Part shown: piece by piece, positions 15,281 to 24,197 of the stretch
Numbering within the stretch: position 1 is the stretch's first letter
How the letters are laid out: each line of letters begins with the position of its first letter
Assembly: GCA_017524965.1 (NCBI GenBank)
Contig: JAFXUM010000151.1
Span: 1-40,075 of the forward strand
Source: Lentisphaeria bacterium
GTDB taxonomy: Bacteria; Verrucomicrobiota; Lentisphaeria; Victivallales; UBA1829
Direction of reading: 5' to 3'
Length of the DNA: 40,075 nt
Made by a program: the position numbers and the translations under genes
Notes under the pieces: model-generated
Told to the model about the DNA's origin: nothing
The model's input: only the letters and a program-made list of their open reading frames with translations
Database searches by the model: none

Positions 15281-17230
15281 ATGTCATTCCGCACCGTCCT
15301 GTCCGCCCGGCATTCCGCCGTCCTCCGCAAACTCGCCCTCGCCTCGCTCTGCGCCCTGGGGCTCGCCCTCACGGCGTCCGCGGAGAAGCCCTACCCCGAA
15401 CCCGCCGCGAAGGACCGCACCTGCTATCTTTTCGCCTACTTCACCGGGAACAACCCGGACCAGGAGCAGATCCGGTTCGCCGTCAGCAGCGACGGACGCC
15501 ATTTCTTCGCGCTGAACGGCGACAGGCCCGTGCTGGACGCGAAGACGTTTGCGCGCTCCGGCGGCGTGCGCGATCCGCACATCATGCGCACCGAGGAGGG
15601 CGGATTCTACATGGTCGCCACGGACATGACCTCGTCGAAGGGCTGGGACTCCAACCGCGGCATCGTGCTTCTGAAGTCCGACGACCTCGTCAACTGGTCC
15701 GCAAAAGCGATCAATTTCCCCGAGCGTTTCCCCGAAATGCCCGGCATTCAGGACATCCTGCACGTCTGGGCGCCCCAGACCATCTACGATCCGGCGGCGA
15801 AGCGCTATCTGATCTACGTGGCGCTGATGTTCAAGGGCGGCGTCAACCGGATGTACGGCGTGTACGCGAACGACGATTTCACGGACCTTGAGGGCGAACC
15901 GATGTACATGTTCGGCAAGCCCGGCGTGCACGTGCTCGACGCCGACATCATCCCGTTCGGCGGCAAGTACCACATGTTCTACTGCGGCAAGGAGAAGGTC
16001 GTCTCCGACACGCTCTTCCCCGGCAAATGGGAAGCGCCGGAACCCGGTTACAAGCTTGACCCGAAGTTCGCCATCGAAGGCTCCAGCGTCTATCCGCTCG
16101 TGAACACCGACACATACGTCTTCATGGGCGACCTCTTCCGCGACGGACGCTGGTTTTTCGCCGAGACGAAGGACCTGAAGACGTTCACGCAGGGCGATTT
16201 CTCCGTCGACTTCCACGCGCGCCACGGCAGCGTAGTCTCCATCGCGCGGTCCGAGCTGGACGCCGTCCTCAAGAAGTGGGGCAAGCCCGGGAAATTCGAG
16301 CTCCCGAAGCAGAACAACCCGATCATCGAGGCGTTCTACGCCGACCCCGGCACGCTCTACTCCGAAAAGACCGGCAAATACTACATCTACCCCACGCACG
16401 ACGGATTCCCCGGCTGGGGCGGAAAGGATTTCCAGGTGTTCTCCTCCGACGATCTGAAAAACTGGAAGTTCGAGCGCACCATCCTGACGCTCGGCGAGGA
16501 CGTGAAATGGTCCGACGGCAACGCCTGGGCCCCGTGCATCATGGAGCGCAAGCAGCCAGACGGCTCCTATAAATACTACTTCTATTTCTGCGGCGCGCTG
16601 AAGGGCGACGGCAGGAAATGCGTCGGCTGCGCGGTCGCCGACGATCCGCTCGGGCCGTTCGTCGACACCGGCAAGCCCGTCGTCGACTTCAAGCCCGCTG
16701 GCGTGCGCGGCGGCCAGGAGATCGACCCGGACGTCTTCCACGACCCCGTCAGCGGCAAGTATTACCTCTACTGGGGCAACGGCTACATGGCGGGCGGCGA
16801 GCTCGCCGACGACATGCTCAGCGTGAAACGCGACACCGTGAAGGTGTTCCAGCCCGGCCGCACCTTCCGCGAGGGCACGAACGTGATCTACCGCGACGGC
16901 AAGTATTATTTCAGCTGGTCCGTCGACGACACCGGCAGCCCGAACTACCATGTCCGCTACGCCACCGCCGATTCCCCGCTCGGCGACCTCACTGTCCCGC
17001 GCGACAACATCGTGATCGAAAAGGACACGTCGCGCGGCATCCTCGGCACCGGACACCACCAGATCCTGAAGGTCCGCGGCGCGGACGACGAATGGCGCAT
17101 CGTGTACCACAGGTTCGCGTGGCAGAACGGCAAGGTCATGGACGGACCGGGATTCCACCGCGAAGTCTGCATCGACAAGCTCGAATTCAACCCCGACGGC
17201 TCCATCAAAAAAGTCGTCCCGACGCTCTGA
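15281..17230 (+). CDS. Secreted two-module glycoside hydrolase family 43 protein (arabinan/xylan side-chain active)
   Basis: Start at MSFRTVLSARHS (ATG 15281) with signal peptide ...LALTASA. First propeller module: YLFAYFTGN..., VRDPHIMRTEEGGFYMVATDM. Second module starts NPIIEAFYADPG and ends with a DGKYYFSWS-type blade. Confidence 0.8.
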   Translation: MSFRTVLSARHSAVLRKLALASLCALGLALTASAEKPYPEPAAKDRTCYLFAYFTGNNPDQEQIRFAVSSDGRHFFALNGDRPVLDAKTFARSGGVRDPHIMRTEEGGFYMVATDMTSSKGWDSNRGIVLLKSDDLVNWSAKAINFPERFPEMPGIQDILHVWAPQTIYDPAAKRYLIYVALMFKGGVNRMYGVYANDDFTDLEGEPMYMFGKPGVHVLDADIIPFGGKYHMFYCGKEKVVSDTLFPGKWEAPEPGYKLDPKFAIEGSSVYPLVNTDTYVFMGDLFRDGRWFFAETKDLKTFTQGDFSVDFHARHGSVVSIARSELDAVLKKWGKPGKFELPKQNNPIIEAFYADPGTLYSEKTGKYYIYPTHDGFPGWGGKDFQVFSSDDLKNWKFERTILTLGEDVKWSDGNAWAPCIMERKQPDGSYKYYFYFCGALKGDGRKCVGCAVADDPLGPFVDTGKPVVDFKPAGVRGGQEIDPDVFHDPVSGKYYLYWGNGYMAGGELADDMLSVKRDTVKVFQPGRTFREGTNVIYRDGKYYFSWSVDDTGSPNYHVRYATADSPLGDLTVPRDNIVIEKDTSRGILGTGHHQILKVRGADDEWRIVYHRFAWQNGKVMDGPGFHREVCIDKLEFNPDGSIKKVVPTL

Positions 17231-17276
17231 CATAAGTTCGTTTTCTCCACCTCCAAGCACAACGAAAGACACACTC

Positions 17277-19994
17277 ATGAAGCTCTTCCATCGCATCTTC
17301 GCAGCAGCCGTCTTCCTCTCCGCATCGTTCGCAATCTCCGGCGCTGCGGCAGCCGACAACGCCCCCGCCGATCCGTCGCAGCAAAGCGTTTCGCGCCACT
17401 ATCGTCCACTTCCGCCCAGCCCCCGTCCCATTCAGCTTTTCGCATACGAACGCGACAACCGCCTGTACTATGCGTGGAACAACGACGGCATGGAATGGCA
17501 CGCGATCGACCACGGCTGGCTGAGCAGCGACTACGGCGCCTGGGGCGCGGAGAAGAAAATGCACGATCCGTACCTCTTCCACGACGAGGCAAACGGCATG
17601 TGGTACTGCATTTTCACGCCGAACCCGGACGATCCGGTGTTCGCGCTCACGTCCTCGCCCGATCTCGTGCACTGGCACGTGCAGAACTATTACCCCATGG
17701 AGAAAGCACCGCGCGGATACGCGCCGTTCATCTACTTTCGTTCAAACGGCGAAGAAGACAGGGCATACTACATCGAGTGGGTCGATGAAAAGGGGGTTCG
17801 CCTGAATGAAGAAGAAATCCTCTCCACGGAGGATTTCAAGGATTTTTCCTTAGTCCCCTTCCCCTTCCCGAGACGGTATCGGGAAGTCAAAGGAATCGTC
17901 AAGCTCGGCGACCGCGAATGGAAAGGCTGCATCGTGACCGTCACGAAAGCCGAGCTCGACGGCATCCTCGCCGCGAAAATCGAAGCCGACAGGAAAAGCG
18001 AACAGAACCGCGAGCGCATCACGGACCTGCCGGACAGTCTCAAGGACGTCTCCCGCACCGCCGAGATCGCCGTCGATCTGAAACGAACCAAGAACATTAG
18101 CCCGCTCCTCTGGGGCATCTTCTTCGAGGACATCAACTATTCCGCCGACGGCGGCCTGTACGCCGAACTCGTCCGCAACCGCGATTTCGAGTTCAACGAC
18201 CTCGACCGCGGCGGATGGAACGCCCTCACCGGCTGGAAAGTTTCCGACGCCATCGACCTCGACGGCTGGCACGACCTCAACGACTGGAGCGTTTCCGAAG
18301 GGGCGAAGGCAACCGTCGCGACCGACGATCCCATTCACAAAAACAATCCGCACTATCTCGTGCTGGAAGCTTTCGCCGCGCTTGTCAACGAAGGGTACCG
18401 CGGCATGGTCTTCCGCGAGGGCGACTCGTATCTTTTCAGCGTCTTCACGAAGTGTCTCGACGGAAACGAAGCCGCACTGGATGTCAGACTGCTCGACGAC
18501 CGGAACAATACCGTCGCCTCCGGCACGGTCACGGCAAAGGGCAAGGAATGGACCAAAACGGAGTTGAAGCTGACCGCGAACAAGAGCACGGACCGAGGCA
18601 AGCTGGCACTCATCAAGTCCGGTGGCAAGGTCGCGATCGACATGGTCTCGCTCTTCCCCGAAAAGACGTTCAAAGGCCGCAGGAACGGCCTCCGCGCCGA
18701 CCTCGCGCAGACGCTCGCCGACCTCAAGCCGCGTTTCGTGCGCTTCCCCGGCGGCTGCGTGGCGCACGGCAACGGCCTCGGCAACATGTACCGCTGGAAC
18801 CGCACCGTCGGCCCGCTGGAGGCGCGCGTGCCGCAGTCCAACATCTGGGGCTACCACCAGTCCGCCGGGCTCGGCTACTTCGAGTATTTCCAGTTCTGCG
18901 AGGACATCGGTGCGGAACCGCTCCCGATCCTCCCCGCCGGCGTCCCCTGCCAGAACTCCTCGCGCGGCGGCAAGGGCCAGCAGGGCGGCATCCCGATGGA
19001 CGAGATGGGCGCGTACATCCAGGAGGTGCTGGACCTGGTCGAATGGGCGAACGGTCCCGCCGACTCCAAATGGGGCAAGGTCCGCGCGGAAGCCGGACAC
19101 CCCGCGCCGTTCAACCTGAAATACATCGGCATCGGCAACGAGGACCTCATCAGCGACGTCTTCAAGGAACGCTTCACGATGATCTTCAAGGCCGTGAAGG
19201 CGAAATACCCGGAGATCACTGTCGTCGGCACCGTCGGGCCGTTCTGCGAGGGCTCCGACTACGAGGACGGCTGGGAGCTCGCGCGCAAGCTCGACATCCC
19301 GGTCGTCGACGAGCACTACTACCAGTCGCCCGGCTGGTTCCTGAACAACCAGCATTTCTACGACACCTACTTGCGCGGCGCCACCACGCGCGTCTACCTC
19401 GGCGAATATGCCAGCCACAACGGACCGCGCACCAGCACCATTGAGACCGCGCTCTCCGAGGCGATCTACATGCTCTCGCTCGAACGCAACGGCGACGTGG
19501 TGGCGATGTCCTCCTACGCCCCGCTCCTCGCGAAGGAGGGCGACACGCAGTGGAATCCCGACATGATCTACTTCAACAACACCCAGGTCAAGCCGACCAC
19601 CGGGTACTACGTCCAGAAGCTCTTCGGCAACAACGCCGGCGACAAGTACGCGCGCACCGTCGCGAACCTCCTGAACAACGACGGCCGCGCGCTCCCGGAC
19701 AACGGCGATTTCGCGCCGCTGAACAAGCGGTTCGCGTCCTCCTGCGTGATCGACACGAAGACGAACACCGCCACGGTCAAGATCGTGAACCTGCTCCCGT
19801 TCGAGGTGAAGACCACGCTCAAGCTCGACAATCTCGGCTCCGTCCCGGTGAAGGCGACGAAAACCGTCCTCTCCGGCAAGCCCGACGACGTGAACGTGCG
19901 TCCCGCCGAACCGAAGGACGTCACGCTCAGCTCCGAAAGCACGGTCACCGTCCCGGCGTTCTCCCTGACCGTCCTCAGCTTCCCCTTGAACTGA
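17277..19994 (+). CDS. GH51 alpha-L-arabinofuranosidase with ~270-aa N-terminal extra domain
   Basis: 905 aa with signal peptide. GH51 hallmarks GGLYAELVRNRDFE, FVRFPGGC, IGIGNEDL, and a C-terminal beta-sandwich. Confidence 0.85.
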   Translation: MKLFHRIFAAAVFLSASFAISGAAAADNAPADPSQQSVSRHYRPLPPSPRPIQLFAYERDNRLYYAWNNDGMEWHAIDHGWLSSDYGAWGAEKKMHDPYLFHDEANGMWYCIFTPNPDDPVFALTSSPDLVHWHVQNYYPMEKAPRGYAPFIYFRSNGEEDRAYYIEWVDEKGVRLNEEEILSTEDFKDFSLVPFPFPRRYREVKGIVKLGDREWKGCIVTVTKAELDGILAAKIEADRKSEQNRERITDLPDSLKDVSRTAEIAVDLKRTKNISPLLWGIFFEDINYSADGGLYAELVRNRDFEFNDLDRGGWNALTGWKVSDAIDLDGWHDLNDWSVSEGAKATVATDDPIHKNNPHYLVLEAFAALVNEGYRGMVFREGDSYLFSVFTKCLDGNEAALDVRLLDDRNNTVASGTVTAKGKEWTKTELKLTANKSTDRGKLALIKSGGKVAIDMVSLFPEKTFKGRRNGLRADLAQTLADLKPRFVRFPGGCVAHGNGLGNMYRWNRTVGPLEARVPQSNIWGYHQSAGLGYFEYFQFCEDIGAEPLPILPAGVPCQNSSRGGKGQQGGIPMDEMGAYIQEVLDLVEWANGPADSKWGKVRAEAGHPAPFNLKYIGIGNEDLISDVFKERFTMIFKAVKAKYPEITVVGTVGPFCEGSDYEDGWELARKLDIPVVDEHYYQSPGWFLNNQHFYDTYLRGATTRVYLGEYASHNGPRTSTIETALSEAIYMLSLERNGDVVAMSSYAPLLAKEGDTQWNPDMIYFNNTQVKPTTGYYVQKLFGNNAGDKYARTVANLLNNDGRALPDNGDFAPLNKRFASSCVIDTKTNTATVKIVNLLPFEVKTTLKLDNLGSVPVKATKTVLSGKPDDVNVRPAEPKDVTLSSESTVTVPAFSLTVLSFPLN

Positions 19995-20089
19995 CCGGTC
20001 TCCTCAACACACCACGCCGGGGATCGCGTTCGCGCGCCCGGCAGGGCAAACGCATCGCCGCATTTTCCTCACAAAGACAAAACAATCTC

Positions 20090-20118
20090 TTGAAAAATGG
20101 ATCGGGAGATGGTATATT
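20090..20118 (+). promoter_or_regulatory. sigma70-type promoter for CDS 20164..21675
   Basis: TTGAAA (20090-20095) - 17 nt - TATATT (20113-20118). Confidence 0.6.
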
Positions 20119-20163
20119 AGCTGTATCGGAACAGAATCGGAACCGCAACCGAAAGAAACGCGA

Positions 20164-21675
20164 ATGGCTCAGAACACATCGGAACAAACGAAGTCACAGC
20201 CCGCGTCCGGAGATCCCGCATCCGCCCCGGCAACCTTGTCGCCGGAGCCGGAACAGAATGCGTATTACGCGTATTTCCGGGAGGCCCCTGAACCGCTCCG
20301 GCAGCTGAAGTGGTGCGCGATCGCCCTGTATTCACTTCCCGTCTTCATGACGCTGTTCGCTTTTGTCGTCGGCTCGTATGCGCTGCTCATGATCCCGCTC
20401 GGAATCATCGCGTTCCCGGTCATCCCGGCGGTCATCGTCAGCAGGGCATTCCGGGACTTTGACGTGAGTTTCCCGCCGCCTTTGGGGGAACGCGCGGACA
20501 GCCGCGATTCCCGGCGGAACCGCCATGCGGAGATGGTCTTCGGCGCGCTCCGTGCGCTTTTGTTCATGTGGGGCAGATTCTCGCTGTACATGTTTCCTGT
20601 CATCCTCATTTTTCTCTGCGTCCTGATCTTCTCCACCACGGCTGCCTCACGGGGCACGAATTCCGGTCTTCTGCCGATCCTCGGCCTGTTTCTGGCGCTT
20701 GCCGTTTGCGGGTTTGCCTGGTGCATGCAGGAATTATGCAGACGGGCGGACACGCTGCTCATGACGCTGTTCTTCCTCCCGGCGTTCGGCGTACTCTTTC
20801 TGTTCATGTTCGTGGGCGGAACCGGGCTCTATGCTCTGGACGGCACGAGCCCGGAAAAATTTCACGGCAGTTTTCTGCCGGCCTTCTTTCCTTACCTGAT
20901 CTTCTGCGCCGGGTGCATGGTCTATTCCACGATTGTCACGCTCGACACGCTGGAACACGGCCTGAGCGGATATGCCTGGGGAATCCGGGCGCTTCAGGTC
21001 CTCGCGGTGATCTTCGGGTACATCATGGGCGCGGCAGGCATGCCGGCCTGTCTCCTCTGGACCGGGATCGGCATCTGCGGACTTCTGGTCAATTCCGTCA
21101 ACTCCACCTCGATCCTTGCACAAAGAGTCCGGCGTCTCCGCCCGCGGCGTTCCGTTCTGCATGAGCTTTTCGATCCCGCCTCGCCGTGGTCGCTGGTCCC
21201 GGTTCTCCTGCTGGAAATCGTTCTTTTCTTCCTCATAGACCGGATGTCGGGCGGATTCAAGCCAGAATCCAGAGGAGGAAAACAATTCCGCCTCGTGCGC
21301 GACGTCATCCTGCTGACCTGGGCCGCGCTCCAGTTCGCGCTCGCGCTTCAGTTCCTGCCGAGACGGCCCGGCAGCGACAGGAACGCCGCGTTCGTCGACA
21401 AACTGTCCGACATGCTGGAGTTCGACGCGTCCGCTATCGCGGAGCCGAATCCGAGGGACATGCCGCCCGGAGCGAAGCACATCCGGCTGAGTTTGTATTT
21501 CTTCCCGATTCTGCTGTGCATGATGGCCGCATATTTCACTCTGCGCGCGTACGCAAACCCAGCTCAGAAGCAGATGCCGCAAACACCGGGCATCATCCTT
21601 GTTTCCCTCGCGGCATCCATCCTTCTCCTGTTCGGAGCCGTGCTGTACGAATCATTCGGCAGCAGGCGTTCCTGA
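20164..21675 (+). CDS. Polytopic integral membrane protein, function unknown (503 aa)
   Basis: More than 10 hydrophobic helices across the ORF. Own promoter and terminators. Antisense ORFs are R/E-rich shadows. Confidence 0.7.
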   Translation: MAQNTSEQTKSQPASGDPASAPATLSPEPEQNAYYAYFREAPEPLRQLKWCAIALYSLPVFMTLFAFVVGSYALLMIPLGIIAFPVIPAVIVSRAFRDFDVSFPPPLGERADSRDSRRNRHAEMVFGALRALLFMWGRFSLYMFPVILIFLCVLIFSTTAASRGTNSGLLPILGLFLALAVCGFAWCMQELCRRADTLLMTLFFLPAFGVLFLFMFVGGTGLYALDGTSPEKFHGSFLPAFFPYLIFCAGCMVYSTIVTLDTLEHGLSGYAWGIRALQVLAVIFGYIMGAAGMPACLLWTGIGICGLLVNSVNSTSILAQRVRRLRPRRSVLHELFDPASPWSLVPVLLLEIVLFFLIDRMSGGFKPESRGGKQFRLVRDVILLTWAALQFALALQFLPRRPGSDRNAAFVDKLSDMLEFDASAIAEPNPRDMPPGAKHIRLSLYFFPILLCMMAAYFTLRAYANPAQKQMPQTPGIILVSLAASILLLFGAVLYESFGSRRS

Positions 21676-21705
21676 CCATCTTTCCCACCTCAAAAACGGC
21701 TTTCC

Positions 21706-21734
21706 GCCGCCTCATTTCCGGGGCGGCTTTTTTT
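21706..21734 (+). terminator. Rho-independent terminator
   Basis: GCCGCC (21706-21711) / GGCGGC (21722-21727) followed by T7. Confidence 0.7.
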
Positions 21735-21741
21735 ATTCTGT

Positions 21742-21953
21742 TTTCACCTCGATTCCGCCTCAATCACGAGGCGGCTTTCTTTTTGTCTTGATTTCACCTC
21801 GGTTCCGCCTCGCGGAACAGCTTTTATCCGAGCTCGGAAAAAAGCCTCGTCTGAGCTAAAAAAGATAAGATTTACAGGTCTTATAAGACTTATGGCCTTT
21901 TGAGCTTGTTTCGCTTCACATCAGAATTATCTTTTTCACCTCGGTTCCACCTC
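21742..21953 (+). repeat. Three direct copies of a ~20-nt motif TTTCACCTCGRTTCCRCCTC
   Basis: Copies at 21742-21761, 21792-21811 and 21934-21953, with 1-2 mismatches. Irregular spacing (50 and 142 nt). Confidence 0.6.
21755..21785 (+). terminator. Second tandem terminator-like hairpin
   Basis: CCGCCTC (21755-21761) / GAGGCGG (21768-21774) followed by CTTTCTTTTTG. Confidence 0.55.
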
Positions 21954-22060
21954 GGATTCCGCATTCCGGTTCCCGCTTCCGACTGACGGCACGTTTTTTC
22001 GTTGTTTTTCTTTGTCGGGGTGCATCCGTGGAAGGGGTGTTTTTCACGGTTTCAGACGTC

Positions 22061-22127
22061 AAAAAGGGGCAAAAAGGGACCGAAAAAAGGGCAAAATCAA
22101 AAAAAATCGAAAAAAAATCGAAAAAAA
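22061..22127 (+). promoter_or_regulatory. Seven phased A-tracts (UP-element / curved DNA) upstream of the mraZ promoter
   Basis: A5-A8 runs begin at 22061, 22071, 22083, 22093, 22099, 22110 and 22121. Spacing is mostly 10-12 nt. Confidence 0.5.
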
Positions 22128-22140
22128 GTTTGTTTTCGGC

Positions 22141-22168
22141 TTGAAAAAAGGCGGATGTAGGGTAAATT
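22141..22168 (+). promoter_or_regulatory. sigma70-type promoter of mraZ-rsmH-ftsL-ftsI
   Basis: TTGAAA (22141-22146) - 16 nt - TAAATT (22163-22168). Confidence 0.5.
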
Positions 22169-22192
22169 AGGGGAAGAAAGGTGAAAATAGGG
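22158..22192 (+). promoter_or_regulatory. Putative MraZ operator: TAGGG direct repeats on a 10-bp register
   Basis: TAGGG at 22158, 22168 and 22188, plus a degenerate AAGGT at 22178. Overlaps the -10 region and transcription start. Confidence 0.4.
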
Positions 22193-22230
22193 GCCCCAAA
22201 GGGGACGCAACGAGAATCTCGAAAAAAGCC

Positions 22231-22692
22231 ATGGCAAACGACACGAAAACAACCTCGACATTCTGCATTCTGAGCGGGAACTGCGAGTACAAGCTCGACA
22301 GCCAGCACCGCGTCGCAGTGCCGTCGGACTGGCGCAGCCAGGCTCCGACCGGATGTTTCGTGCTCATGCCCGGGCGCGACCGCACGCTCCAGCTTTATTC
22401 GGAAGAGATCTATGATGCGCGCATCGGTTCCAAGCTGAACGCCCTTTCGCCTTCGAATCCCGCCGACCTCATGAAACTGCGTCAGCTGGGCGCCCGCACG
22501 TTCAAACTCCAGTGCGACAAACAGGGCCGCATCCAGATTCCGCAGATCCTGATGGATTTTGCGCAGCTCAAAGACACCGTCGCCTTCATCGGTTCCGGCA
22601 ACTTCGGCCAGATCATGGACGGGGCCCGCTGGCGCGCCGAGTTCGAGGCCTTCAACGAGACCGGCGACAGTTTCCTGGACGTGCTGGATTAA
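22231..22692 (+). CDS. mraZ: Transcriptional regulator MraZ
   Basis: 153 aa. Two SpoVT/AbrB-like halves (KLDSQHRVAVPSDWR and CDKQGRIQIPQILMDF). Sits directly upstream of rsmH. Confidence 0.88.
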   Translation: MANDTKTTSTFCILSGNCEYKLDSQHRVAVPSDWRSQAPTGCFVLMPGRDRTLQLYSEEIYDARIGSKLNALSPSNPADLMKLRQLGARTFKLQCDKQGRIQIPQILMDFAQLKDTVAFIGSGNFGQIMDGARWRAEFEAFNETGDSFLDVLD

Positions 22693-22704
22693 GGAGAACG
22701 CGGC

Positions 22705-23691
22705 ATGACGCAGACCATGAACATACAGGAAAAACAGCTCGAAGCCCCGAAGCACATCCCCGTGCTCCCGGAGGCCGTCTGCTCGTTCCTCGCGCCCGAA
22801 TCCCGCACCGTCCGCCGCATCATCGACGGGACAGTGGGCTACGGCGGACACAGCTCGCTGCTCCTGAAGTGCAAGCCCGGGGCGGAACTGCTCGGCCTCG
22901 ACCGCGACGAAGAGGCCCTGGCGGCGGCGCGCGAACGCCTCGCCTTCGCAGGCGAACGCGTACACCTCATGCATTCCGACTACTCCCGCATGGCCGACCG
23001 CGCGGCAGCGCTCGGCTGGGACAAGGTCGATACCATACTCCTTGACATCGGCGTATCCTCCAGACAGATCGACGACGCGGAACGCGGCTTCTCGTTCCGG
23101 TTCGCCGACGCCCCGCTGGATATGCGGATGGACCGTTCCCGCGGTCGCACCGCCGCGGACATCGTCAACACGCAATCAGAAGAGGATCTCACGACCATAT
23201 TCCGCGACTACGGTGAAATCCGGGAGGCACGCCGCCTCGCCCGCCGCATCGTCGAACTCCGCAAAACCAAACCTTTCCTCACCTGCGGGGACCTGGCGGA
23301 CGTCTGCGACGACGTCCTCGGCGGGTTCCGCCGCAAAGGCGGACGCAAAGGTCCGCCCGCTCCCACTCTCGCGTTTCAGGCACTCCGAATCGCCGTCAAC
23401 GGGGAACTCGACGAACTCCGCGACGGCCTTCAGGCGGCTGTCGATCTTCTGTCTCCCGGCGGACGCATGGCGGTCATCAGCTTCCATTCGCTGGAAGACC
23501 GCATCGTCAAGAACTTCATCCGGGACATGGCCATGAACTGCAAATGTCCGCCCGGCACCCCGGTCTGCATCTGCTCCTGGCGTGCCGTCCTGAACCCCCT
23601 GACCAAAAAGCCCGTCGAGGCCGACGAGCGCGAGCTCGCCGCCAACCCGAGGGCCGCCTGTGCCAAACTGCGCGCTGCCGAAAAACTTTAA
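22705..23691 (+). CDS. rsmH: 16S rRNA (cytosine1402-N4)-methyltransferase
   Basis: 328 aa. HIPVLPEAV, IIDGTVGYGGHS, LLDIGVSS and ISFHSLEDRIVK motifs. Confidence 0.92.
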   Translation: MTQTMNIQEKQLEAPKHIPVLPEAVCSFLAPESRTVRRIIDGTVGYGGHSSLLLKCKPGAELLGLDRDEEALAAARERLAFAGERVHLMHSDYSRMADRAAALGWDKVDTILLDIGVSSRQIDDAERGFSFRFADAPLDMRMDRSRGRTAADIVNTQSEEDLTTIFRDYGEIREARRLARRIVELRKTKPFLTCGDLADVCDDVLGGFRRKGGRKGPPAPTLAFQALRIAVNGELDELRDGLQAAVDLLSPGGRMAVISFHSLEDRIVKNFIRDMAMNCKCPPGTPVCICSWRAVLNPLTKKPVEADERELAANPRAACAKLRAAEKL

Positions 23692-23717
23692 CCATATAAC
23701 GAGAGAGCGGGACACAC

Positions 23718-24158
23718 ATGAACCAATTCACAAAAAAAACAAATCCGGCGGAAGCCGAACCCGGAACCGAACCGCAAAAGACCCACTGGGTCGCGGGCCT
23801 GATCGTCAAAATGGCGATGATGATGTTCGTCATCTTCATCGCGTTCTGCGCCCGCGTGCATCTGAACGACAAAACCGAGCAGCTTGCACGCGAGAAGGCA
23901 CGCATCCTCGAGGAAATCCGCGAGAAGCGCACCGAGATCCAGACGCTTGTCGCGAAACGCGAATCGCTGCGCTCCTGGGACAACATCAACAAGAAGATCA
24001 ACCAGTACAACCTCGCGCTCCGCGCCGTCAATCCGAGCCAGGTGCGCTACATGAAACGTTTCGAAGGCCAGGTCGCCGCACCATCTCAGTACGGCGGGGA
24101 CACGCGCGTCGCGGACACCTCCGCGGGCGCGGCGCTGACCTCCGGAGGAATCCAATAA
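23718..24158 (+). CDS. ftsL: FtsL-like cell-division protein (single TM + short coiled coil)
   Basis: 146 aa. TM LIVKMAMMMFVIFIAFCA followed by a heptad region. Conserved position between rsmH and ftsI. Confidence 0.65.
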   Translation: MNQFTKKTNPAEAEPGTEPQKTHWVAGLIVKMAMMMFVIFIAFCARVHLNDKTEQLAREKARILEEIREKRTEIQTLVAKRESLRSWDNINKKINQYNLALRAVNPSQVRYMKRFEGQVAAPSQYGGDTRVADTSAGAALTSGGIQ

Positions 24159-24197
24159 CCTGAACCCCGAACCCCGCACACAGAAAGGACGACCGAC

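Noticed and set aside
21742-21953. Possible CRISPR array (repeated 20-nt motif)
   Set aside because: There are only three imperfect copies at irregular spacing (50 and 142 nt). The repeat is shorter than CRISPR repeats, and no cas genes are present.
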